From Eledone cirrhosa (taxonomy: Eukaryota), in contig OZ024741.1 of assembly GCA_964016885.1 (NCBI GenBank), forward strand, positions 143,220,001 through 143,284,000: a DNA stretch of 64,000 nucleotides. The letters are read 5' to 3'. The notes under the pieces are model-generated. The model worked only from the letters and a program-made list of their open reading frames with translations, was not told where the DNA came from and searched no databases. The translations under genes were made by a program, and so were the position numbers. Shown piece by piece: positions 33,720-44,990 of this stretch. Within the stretch, counting starts at the first letter, position 1. The number at the start of each line of letters is the position of its first letter.

Positions 33720-36090
33720 ATCATCATCATTGTTTAATGTCCTTTTTCGATGGTTACATGGGTTAGACGGGTTGTCACATTATGAGACAAGTCAGATCAG
33801 GAGACAACCTCCTGCCCATATGGATCTGTATTTTGGTTTGATTTCTATGTCTGGATACCCTTCCTGATACCAACTATGCTACAGTATGCACTGGGTGCTG
33901 TTTATCATGGCACCAAAACAACCATCTAACAGGGTGAACTAGGTGTTTTTTTTTGTCATGTCACCAGCATGGCCACCTTATAGGGTTGACTGGACATTTT
34001 TTTGTCATGTCACTAACACAACCACCTTACAGGGTGGATTGGGTGCTTTTTGTTGTGCCATCCGCACAACCACCTTACAGAGTAGACGGAATGCTTTTTG
34101 CCATGTCACCAGCATGAACATCTTACAGGATGAACTGGGCGCTTTTTATTGTAGCACCTACACAACCACTTTACAGTGTGGACTGGGCGCTTTTTGTCAT
34201 GTCACTAGCACAACCACCTCTGAGTGCTTTTTTTTTTCCCTCATGTCACCAGCATGATCACTCAACAGGGCGAGTTGGGTACTTTTCCTCATGTTACCAG
34301 CATGACTTATAACATGTCATCAGCATAACCATCTTGTAGAGTGCATTTGGAGCGGCATCTTATATTACCAGTATAACCACCTTACAGCACGGATTGGGTG
34401 CTTTTGTCCTTGTGGCACCAATTTGCCATACAGGGTGGATAAAGCGCTTTTTGTTATTTCAGCAGCATTATGGGAGGGAAGGAGAGCAGATTTGGAGTGT
34501 GTGCAGCATTTCATGCTCGTATGCATGGGTTAAGCATGACACGAGGGGTACCTCAAAAGCAGGAAAGGGTAGAAGTATGCAAGTTGGACATGAAAGAGGT
34601 GAGTGGGATATTTAGTTAGTGAGGGTGAGGATATTAAGACTAGGAAGAGTGACTAGGCGAGGGGTAGGGGAACGCTTTTGCACGCTAGTGTCTTTATATG
34701 TTGTTTCATCCTGTGCATATGGTAAGGCAGATCTTCTGCAGCACAGCATAATGCCAGATATGTTGATCTTATGGCATCTCCTTTGAGAGATTTAACTGTG
34801 CAAGGTCAGCTTTTATCACTTCATCCCAAGCTTTCCTAGATTTTCATCTTCCATAGTTTCCTTCAAATTCGAGTGCCTTGCATACATCACATGTCCATAT
34901 CACCAGTCTCCTCTCCTGTACACTGCAACCAATCCCTCTTGTGCCCAGTTTCTCTCTCAGTTCATTGACATTTCATCATCCATGCACACTACTATTACCC
35001 ATCCATCGAAGCATGCAAGCTTCATACCTTTCTAATCTTTGTAGGTCCTCAACACACAGTGCAATGGTCTCACTTCCATGCAGCATTGCTGTTCGTATAC
35101 AAGCACCATACAGTCTGCCTTTCATTTTGAGGAGGAAATCCCATTGTAGTTAGTGGCGGTAGTAGTTCCCTGAACTTTTTCCATCCCATTCTCATTCTGG
35201 CTACAAATCATTGTTAATTCTAATCATGCTGATTGCTCCTCTGTACTTGGCTTGTACTGCTCTCATCTATCCCTAGTCTTTTAAAAGCCTGCCAGATTAT
35301 GGAGTGAGGGGGGGGGGGTAGTCTGTCAGAAGCTTTTTCCAGGTCAACAAATGCCAAGTAGAGGGGCTTATATTTAGCTAGGTACTTATCCTGAAGTTGC
35401 TTCACAAGGAAGAGGGCATCAGTGGCACTCTTACCCAGTAAAGATCCGAACTGCATCTCATCTGGGTTATCTCAGTCCTTAATCAGCTGTGCATTAACTC
35501 TTTCTGTGACTTTCATGACCTGGTCCATCAACTTAATGCCTTTATAGTTTCTTCTGTCTAGTACATCCCCTTTGCCCTTGTAGCAATTGATGATGCTGCT
35601 ACATCAATCATTGAGTATGAAACCAATTTGTATTTCTTAGTTTATAATACGGATGGTGTGACCTACCATCTCTGATGCTTTTAGCATTTCAGCAACTACC
35701 CCTGATGGTCCAGTTGATTTGTCTATTTTCATATATTTAATTGCCTTACTTACTATGCTGCTGTTAACTTGTATGGCTGGTCACTCTGTTGGGACAGACT
35801 TTCTTTCTACTATGTGTTCTCCTCATTCAGCAGTTTCTCATAATGGCACTTACATGCTACTTTCTTTTCAGCATTAGTTAATGCAAGTGCACCATTGTCA
35901 TCCTGGACACACTTCTCTCTGACATCACAGTTTTCTCTGACACACTTGCAATTCTGAACACTTCACACCTATGGTCCACACGTCACAAAACATACATAAT
36001 TTTTTTTTATTTTTGGCTTCTCTCCTTGCAAATTATACTTGTTGCCTAGCCTTTCTCCTCTTTTGCTGGTAATGTTCTCTGCTTTATGGT
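33720..36090 (-). mobile_element. Decayed RTE copy with VNTR-expanded 3' UTR
   Basis: (CAT)n tail at 33720, about 38-bp ACCACCTTACAGGGTGGA-type repeats to about 34440, then RT fragments (MQFG, YLAFVDLEKA). Confidence 0.85.
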
Positions 36091-37011
36091 TTTATAAATA
36101 TAGTTTCCATTTGTTAATATATTGTTTATTTACTCCAATAATTTGTTGAGTGCTTTATATCAGTTATAAAAATATTTTCCTTGTTGATCCCAACAAATTA
36201 AATATAACCTCTGCATATATATATATTCTTTGTTTTTGAATTTGTTTTGCAAGATTTCTTATCTGAAACCGTGTGTTGAAACAGATATTGTTATACTTTG
36301 GGAGGGTCATGTTGCCAATTGGCAGCATGACCCTCCCCAAATATAACAATACACATGCACACACACGTCCTCTCATTTTGCCATTCTTTCCATGCCTGTT
36401 TTTTTAGATTTAATTACCTCATCCACCCTACTATTCCACCACCAAGTCCCTCTCCCTATATATAAATACACACACATATGTATATCATTATCATTGTTCA
36501 ATGTTTGTTTTCTATGCTTACATGGGTCAGACAGGTCATTCTGACATGGTTTCTATGACTGAATGCACCTCCTCATGCCAACCACGTCACAGTGTGTACT
36601 AGCTGTGTTTTATCATAGCATTGCCACCACCACCTAACCAGCACTACCACTTTATATATACACACCTTCACACCCAATTGACCATTATCATTTTTACTTC
36701 TATTTGGAATTGCTAACTCATTACAATCCATCTTGCCTTCTGAGTCAAAAAAAGGATTCTCTATGTGGTAGCTCAACCTGTTAGAAATAGCAACCAAATC
36801 TCCCTTAGATTACACTCCCAGTCACCTTGAAAATGGATGAATACATTAGATAATTTAGACCTAATCATGCACTTCCAGAGAGAAGGAAAGAATAGTCATG
36901 ACTGAAGTATTTTTTATCATAATTCTGCTCACTTAACAACAACTATAACAACAAGCCAGATGTCATTGTCCATGTGCCATGTATAATCACCATTTCTTCT
37001 TCTTTTTGCAG

Positions 37012-37155
37012 ATACGATACAACATTTCAAGAGATACATGTTCACCAGGGATTGAACAGTGGTGTAATTCTGATGGGGTCATAGTTTACAAGAGCCCCAG
37101 CATCCTTTGCAAGCTACAGGAGCTACTGGCAACGACAGGGCCAACACAACAGTAA
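37012..37155 (+). CDS. INPP1: INPP1 terminal coding exon 6
   Basis: Strong acceptor tcttcttctttttgcag|ATA CGA TAC = IRYNISRDTCSPGIEQWCNSDGVIVYKS...TQQ*, resembling the W-x-N-x-x-G-x-I-x-Y C-terminal INPP1 motif. Total CDS 1143 nt = 380 aa. Confidence 0.92.
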   Translation: MRYNISRDTCSPGIEQWCNSDGVIVYKSPSILCKLQELLATTGPTQQ

Positions 37156-37389
37156 CATTTTGAGGGTTGGGTGGAGGTTGAAAGTAATCCGGGACCAACC
37201 AATTACATAGGACAAACCATACCTGATTGAAGAGAACTTGGGACACAGGTGCCAGGAGCACCTATGTCCCAAGTTATTTCTTGAACATAAACAAAATAAG
37301 GAAAATTCAAAAATTCAAGGTCCCTCATATATATATATATATATCCAAATGGGGAAAGGAGAGCTTAGTAGTTAAAGCAGAGTTTATAT

Positions 37390-37890
37390 CATCATCATTA
37401 TCATAATTATATATCTACATCCCATGCTGGCATGGGTTGGAGGAGTCAGCACAGTTATAGTATATATGTGTATATGTGTATATGTGTATCATCTTACGTC
37501 CTCTGTTCCATGCTTGCATGGGTGGACAGGTCTTTTTCAGCATCTCTCAACTTGTCATGCTCCTTCACCATCTCCACCCAGGTCTTCCTTGGTCCTTCTC
37601 TACTACAGCTTCACTCCACTGGGATTTCTTAGCACATCTTCACCTATTGACCCTCTTCCATGTGTATCACATATCCATACGTGCAGTGTTTTCTCTCTTA
37701 CACATCTGATTCCTCTTATACTTAGTTTCTCTGTCTCAATTCAAAATTGCTTTGTCATTCATGCACAATAACATTGCACATCCATCAAAGAATGTTTGTT
37801 TCATCTCTCTCCAGCCCTCGCATATCCTCTGTGTTTACTGCCCATGTCTCACTACTATGCAACATGACACTTTGCACACAGGCATCATAC
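37390..37890 (-). mobile_element. RTE 3' fragments downstream of the INPP1 stop codon
   Basis: Tail motif CCATGCTTGCATGGG and decayed C-terminal coding sequence. Confidence 0.7.
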
Positions 37891-38549
37891 GGATAACGAC
37901 ATCATTGAAGCCACCTCCCTCTCCTGCACACAACTTAATACTTTTCTCTCTTACATCAACTCCTTTTGTCCTTCTCACCGGTACACACCCACTGTCTCTG
38001 ATACCTCTATCAGCTTCTTTAACATCCATTACACACACACCTAATAAATCTCACTCCTACCTCAATTTCTTGTCTCCCCCTGCCCCTCACACACTAAACA
38101 CAAATAGACCATTGGTTACTCTAAATTCTTATATTCTTATGTATAGCTGCGACCAAGACTTTTAGATCCAGCCTTCTAACATAGCTTGGCACTTCTGTTG
38201 ACATGGATATCCCAGTAACGTAGCTAGGAGGGGGTGGGATCGGGAGGGGGGACTGTCTGCCCTCAGCAATACGTTTATGTGTGTTTTGTGTGTATTTAAG
38301 GCAGGGGCATGCAACAGGCAGCCCACCAGACCAGTCAGAGTGACCTGCGATGACTGTTTTTAATTTTTATCTTGTAGGCTTATTTAGAATTTTTTTCAGA
38401 ACTGTAATACAATTTTCTGTTAGTGGACCTATACTAAAGGGCTTCACTGATAGGGTTATGTGTGTTATAATTTCCCAGTTCCATGGAATAGTGCTTAATT
38501 AATATTAATGGCCCTGAAACAAAAGTTCAAATCTCTCTGCTTAGATTTG

Positions 38550-38587
38550 CTACATATATATATATATATTCATATATATATATATAT

Positions 38588-38643
<56 letters not shown>

Positions 38644-38705
38644 TATATGTGTGTGTGTGTGTGTGTATGTGAGTGTTTGTGTATATATATGTATGTGTGT
38701 GTTTG

Positions 38706-38737
<32 letters not shown>

Positions 38738-38740
38738 TAT
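38550..38740. repeat. (TA)n/(CA)n/(TG)n compound microsatellite
   Basis: Directly visible. Similar tracts at about 40000-40150, 40735-40866 and 44272-44310. Confidence 0.95.
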
Positions 38741-39121
38741 ACTCTTTTGCTTTAACCTCTACATATGCTCCATAACACCATAGTCCTTATTCCTCTTCCA
38801 CCTTTAACCAAGTTTCTTTCTACTTCCTTACATGTTTATTTTCATCACTCCTCTCACCCATTCACTTTTATCCATCCTCTACACATGACAACCATCTCAT
38901 TTCATTTCTCTTCATAACATATTCACTGGCTCATAAATCATAGCACTTCTCACGCATGCATCATATACCTGCATGCATCATATACCTTTCCCTTCAGTTT
39001 CAGTGACACTCCACCTCCCCATTAACACACCGTTCACATCACAGAACTTCTTTCATGTTTCTCACTGTAACTCTTTCAACTAATGCCAGTAGGGAAAAAC
39101 AAACTTATAACTGATGATGAT

Positions 39122-39164
<43 letters not shown>

Positions 39165-40735
39165 GGATTGGTGTTGGTAGACGCTCATATATATATATAT
39201 GTGTGTGAGTGTTTATATATATAGCATGGAAAAAAGGACATTAAACTGTGATGATGATGATATATATATATTATTAGTAGTAGTAGTAGTAGTACAGATT
39301 AAAAGTTTAAGCAAAACATTTCTGGCATCATCTGAAACATTTCAGATGATCCCACTTTTAATCTGTACTAATAATAAATATTTGCTCTACAGATTTATAT
39401 ATACAAACCCTTATCGAGACCTCTTTGGAATTTGGTGTTATTATTACTATATATATGTGTATGTATAATTATGTATACATTTGTATGCATCAGTATGTAA
39501 ACAAACAAACAAACAATCTAAAAATGGATTATTTGTTTACATCCTGACAGATTGATGAGACTTAGAATTCATCAATCTTGCTTTGGTGCAATTGGTAGTA
39601 AAGCCCTCCAATATATGGCAGATGTAATTCCCACAGGCAATGCTATCCACTTTTTTCAGTCTCAAGATGCTTATATAACCAGCTTGTTAGACTATTTTTC
39701 ATATAAAAAATAGTGTGCATCTATGCTGTTAACTCTAAGTTAACATAAATTTGAAAATGTTAACCCACTCAACAATTCTAAAAATAAATTATATATATAT
39801 ATATATATGTTTTAATAATGATAATAATAATAGTTTTATCACAGAGAAACTACATAACATGAGAGCTGCAGCTTAATAACATGTCTCTCCTTTACCGGTG
39901 GTTTGTACGGGTTTGTGGTAGGTTTATGGGATATAGAGATGCGTGTCAAGGGTTGATTTAGTGGGAATTATGAGTGCAGGTTTACAGTATTTTCAATAGA
40001 CTTATGTGTGTGTGTATGTGTATATACACATACATATATACACACACACACATATACATAAACATATATATACACACACACACACTGAGAAATTTATATA
40101 TATATACACACACACATGCATATATATACAAACATTCATACATACACACACACATTGTATTGTATATCTACAAAATACATTGTTTTTTATTCATGAGGAG
40201 AGGCAGAAACCTTTTAATTTGTATTTTTTTGTTTGAATATTTACCTTGTTTTTCTAATGTGTATATATGTTGGTTTTTTCTATATAGTTTTTCACATATG
40301 TGTGAGTGTGTGTATGAGTCCTAATGAGGTTATGTTTGTTTTTAAATAATATTGTTATCCTAACAATATACACAGGCACAAATTTATAATTTACATTTTT
40401 ACATTCATATATATATATATATATAATATATATATATCATCATTTAACATCTATTTCCACACTATCATGGGTTAAACAGGGTGTCCGTTTGAGGCAAGTC
40501 GGGTCAGGTGACCATATCTTGCTTATACAGAACTGTTTCTGGCTTGGTTTCTACAGTTAGATGCCCTTCTTAATGCCAACCATATTTACAGTGTGTGCTG
40601 GGTGCTTTTTGTCGTGACACCTACACGATCACTTTATATTGTGGGCTGGGTGCTTTTTGTTGTGACATCTACACAACCACTTTACAGTGTGGGCTGAGTG
40701 ATTTTTGCTGATATATTAACATGACCACTTTACAG

Positions 40736-40805
<70 letters not shown>

Positions 40806-42478
40806 TGTGTATAAATATGTGTGTGTGTGTATATATGTGTGTATGTGTATATATATATATATATATCAAAAGAAATGTATTTTATTTACCATGAACTATG
40901 AACTTTCAACTGATATACAAACTTTTCTGCTCTATGAAAGCTGCTAGCCCCCCTCCTCCTCTCTCTCTTTATCTAAATCGCTTTCTCTCCATCTCTTTCC
41001 TTCTCCTTCCAGTTCTGTGATGCTTTAATTGTTAATGATTGTTAACATGCTCAAAAAACTTACATCATGTCTGCTTATCCACTTGACCAGCACTCCTTCT
41101 TCTTATGACTCCAGCATTATTACTGCTCTAGGGTGCTCAGTGTACTTGGTTTTGGTGGGGGCCTTGAAGCAAGTGGATGGTATCTGACATGTGGGGGTGT
41201 GAGAAAAACCAACATACACTGTTTATCTCAAGAAAACATCATGATTAGCACACAGCTTGAGTCCTCTCAATTGTTCCAAATGCTAGGCCTCACAATTGCT
41301 GAGGATCTCTCCTGGCAAATACATCTTCAACACAATTAGGACCACAACCACATCCCAACATTTCTCTTCAGGGCCAGAAAATACTTCAATGCCTAACAAA
41401 GCTTAGGTTTGATAAAATAAAGTACCAGTAACACACTGGAGTCAACTTAGTAGACTTTCCCCTCCTCCCAAATTGTTGGTTTTGTGCCTAAATCAGAAAC
41501 CATTATTCTTTGCCTGACGGTTAAGCTTAAACCATTTCGATATATATGTATATTGTAAATATGTTGAAAATATTTGTGTGTGTGTGTGTGTGTGTATGTG
41601 TGTCAGAACATTTAGCCACTCCAAGCTGTGCACCATGTCTTAATTAAGCATGGAAATACTAATGAACACAATCTCATTAGACATAATTTATGGCTGACAA
41701 TGCAATTAAAATATTAATTATTTATTGTCACAAGCAGATTAAATGTCATTAACATTAATTGCCATAGATGATGGGAGGGTTTGAATATGGAAATGATTTT
41801 ATGGGTTAATTGTTGTTGTTGATGATAACCTGTCAAGTACTGGAGCCCATGTAATATATCTTATCTCTACCCCTATAATAATGGTTTCTAATTTAGACAC
41901 AAGGCCAAGAATTTTGGGGAGGGGAAAGTCAATTAAATCGACCCCAGTGCATGACTGATACTTTATTTTATCAAATACTGGGTTTGATTCAATCAACTAA
42001 CCCTGAATCCCCCCACCTTCCCAATTTCTTGCTGAAGTGGTGGTGGTAGAAGGAGGAGGAGTATAATAAACTTATATATAAGTTTCAAGGGTAGAAAGGT
42101 CACATGGCAGCTTTTTGCACCTAATTTCTTTTTGCTGTAAGAAACTGCAACTCATTATAATCATTATCATCTTGATCATCATCTTCATTTTTTTGTTGAC
42201 TTTTCCATGCTGGCATGGGTTGGATGAGATATTTTGAGGCAATGTTTTACAGCAATATGCCCTTCCTCACACCAACAGTTTCAGTCGCTTCTTACGACAC
42301 ACAGGAATTAGGAGCAATCATGATTGTGTAGTTTAAAAGTTCGCTCTTAAAGTATGTAGTTCTGGGTTCGATCCCACTGAGTGGCATGTGGAATATCCAT
42401 GGGCTAACCAATACCTGGTCAGTGAATTTGGTAGATTGGAACCTTAGAAAAGCTCATCAATTGTATTTATCTGTTGTA

Positions 42479-42718
42479 GTTTGTTTGAAGGCTACCATAA
42501 CGAGAATTGGTAAATATTAAAAATATGATGATAAAAAAGATGTTGGAATATTACCTTGCAGTTCTTTATAGGCCCTTATATTTCAGTTAATCTTTTGATG
42601 AGAGGATTTTATCCTGAAATATAAGAAAGAACTGCAAGGTAAAATTATAACATCTTTATTATCACCATATTTTTAACATTTACCATCTAAATCACATTGT
42701 GGCAGCCTTCAAACAAAC
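42479..42718. repeat. Long imperfect palindrome (about 105-bp arms)
   Basis: GTTTGTTTGAAGGCT...TACCTTGCAGTTCTT...CTTATATTTCAG is mirrored by CTGAAATATAAG...AAGAACTGCAAGGTA...AGCCTTCAAACAAAC. Confidence 0.9.
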
Positions 42719-42864
42719 CACTGTTTTATATATATAGAACATAACTACTATCAATTAGTCAATATATCGATAATATTTTAGTATATTTTTCCCTTTGAAA
42801 CGATCGTAAAACAATGGATTAATTAAGTACAAAGCCTTATAATATTTGTTTTCATTGTTCAACC

Positions 42865-44260
42865 TTCATCATCCTCATCATCATTGTTTAACAACTGCTT
42901 TCCCTGCTAGCTAGGGTTGGACACTGACACATTGCCTTACAATGTGGAACACTTCAAGTCTCTGATCCTCATGTTGCAAGACATTGATAAACCTTCTTTC
43001 AGCCTCTTTCCATGCTATGTATACTTGTTGTCTAGCTTCTCTCCTGTCTACTTGGTATTGGTCTTTACTACCCCCATTTTTCAAGTCTTTCTGAGCCTGT
43101 CTCTTGGCCTTAATGGATTTTTCTACTGTCCACCTGTCTGACTGGTGCTTTGTTCCAGCCTCAAGTTTCATCAGTAGTTCACAGTAGGTTATCATGTAAG
43201 AATTTCCAATTGTCCTCTGTCAAACATATCCAGTTCGTCTCCCCTCTCATAATATGCCTCCTGTAGAGATTTTCTAAACCTATATATAACAGAAACAGGT
43301 TGTTTAGCTTCCATACTCTCTGCCTTCATATATTCCTGCATGTTTTGTATTGTCTTGTGTTTATTCTGATGTCACTAATAACTAACTTGTGTTAGGTGCT
43401 GCATTCTTCACCAGGGAAGGTCTTAGCATTTATAACCATCTGTCTATCTCATTGTCTTACAAGTATTTAGTCAATCTGGCTCATATGTTCACCTGATTGG
43501 TAGGTCATTAAATGGCTGGCTGGCTGGTTTCCAGAAATAAATATTGTGAATGGTTACTTAATTTGCCATACAGAATTCTAAGAGCCTCACTCTTCATTTC
43601 TTGAGCCATATTCATATCCACCATGTACTCAAGTGAATTGATCCTGGTGCTGCCCAACATGTCCATTGAAGTCACCATCCAGGATGATGATGTCTCTGTC
43701 ATCAGTAACTGAGGTTGTCTGTAAAATGTCCTCATAGAAACTGCCTTTTGCTCTTTACTCAGTCCTGCTTGTGGTGCATAGGTAGAGGTTATTATCAATG
43801 TTTTATTGCCTACAACTAATCTGTGCTTGATAATTTTGTCACGTAATCTAACTACATTTATTATAGTATTCATTTCTCAGCTAGTAGAATGCCTACACCA
43901 TCCACCTCATCATCATTTCCTAACCAAAAAAGCTTGTAAATACGTTCTTTGTCAGTGAGTAGTTTTACTGGAAAGCACCCCTCCATCTCACCTCTTGTAC
44001 ACAGTATACATCTACACTCCTCATCTGTAACAACTTTACAATTTCACCTGATCTACATTTCAGAGTGACAGTTCTAAAATGTGTCACTTGATGTTGATTT
44101 CTTTGTACCTGGAAGAAAAATATAGTGGGCGATAGCTTGATGACAGTCAAGGGGTTCTTGCACATGGCTACTTTAGCCACCCCACTACCCTGTGCAGCAC
44201 TAACATGACTCGTGTTAGTCCTGTAAATGCAATTAGTGTGAGCCATTGGATTGGTTTTCA
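42865..44260 (-). mobile_element. Decayed RTE 5' half (EN region) joined to a tail motif
   Basis: TVTLKCRSGEIVKLL, CVQEVRWRG, STYAPQAGL, REARQQVY. Confidence 0.82.
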
Positions 44261-44267
44261 TAATTTT

Positions 44268-44314
<47 letters not shown>

Positions 44315-44523
44315 ATACACACTATTTATATACTTTATTTATTTATATGTATATATAGTTGTACAAGAGTGTTGTTTATCTTAGTTGTTACATAGTAACT
44401 TCCTAATGATAAGCAGATCCTAACGATCCAAAGCAGTACACGTCAGTAGTTTATCCCAGGTAGGTGATAAGGAGTGACGGAGTATTCATTTATCAAATAA
44501 TAGTAGTTAAGACGGGATTAAAT

Positions 44524-44608
44524 CACCATAATTGTTTACTGCATTATATATATTTCCATTACATATTTATTAATGTGACTTCGTCAGATGCTTACGCAAT
44601 CAATGGTG
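44524..44608 (-). ncRNA. Candidate type I hammerhead ribozyme
   Basis: Minus strand reads caccauugauugcguaagcau-CUGACGA-a-gucacau-uaauaaau-auguaau-g-GAAA-uaua-uA-UA^augc-aguaaacaauuauggug. The core is intact and stems I-III can be formed by eye. Confidence 0.65.
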
Positions 44609-44720
44609 CAGTTATGCAATCATTGTGATATGCTAGTGGCCATGCACGAACCACTTCATTACTGGATGGACGTGCATGGCCACCGGCATATCACAATAAT
44701 TGATATATATATATATACAC

Positions 44721-44990
44721 ACAGTTGTCCCCCTGTATTCGTGGGCGTTGCATTCCTAGAGCACCCACGAAGAGTGAAAAACCGCGAATATTTGATCCAT
44801 AAAAATAACATAAAATATAGGCCGACGAATACGGTATATTGTTATTAATTTAGCGTTAAAAATATATATTGCCATGAAAAAAGCCATATAAAAATTGCGG
44901 AAGATAGTTATGATTCCGCTAATATGCGGTGATTTCCACAAATAGTTAGGTTTTTAAGGAAAATTCTTCAAATAACCGGGACTGCAAATG
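44721..44990 (+). mobile_element. Tc1/pogo (Tigger-like) DNA transposon left end
   Basis: CAG...CCCCCTGTATTCGTGG-type terminus with CCGCGAATA subterminal motifs. Right end not found. Confidence 0.45.
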
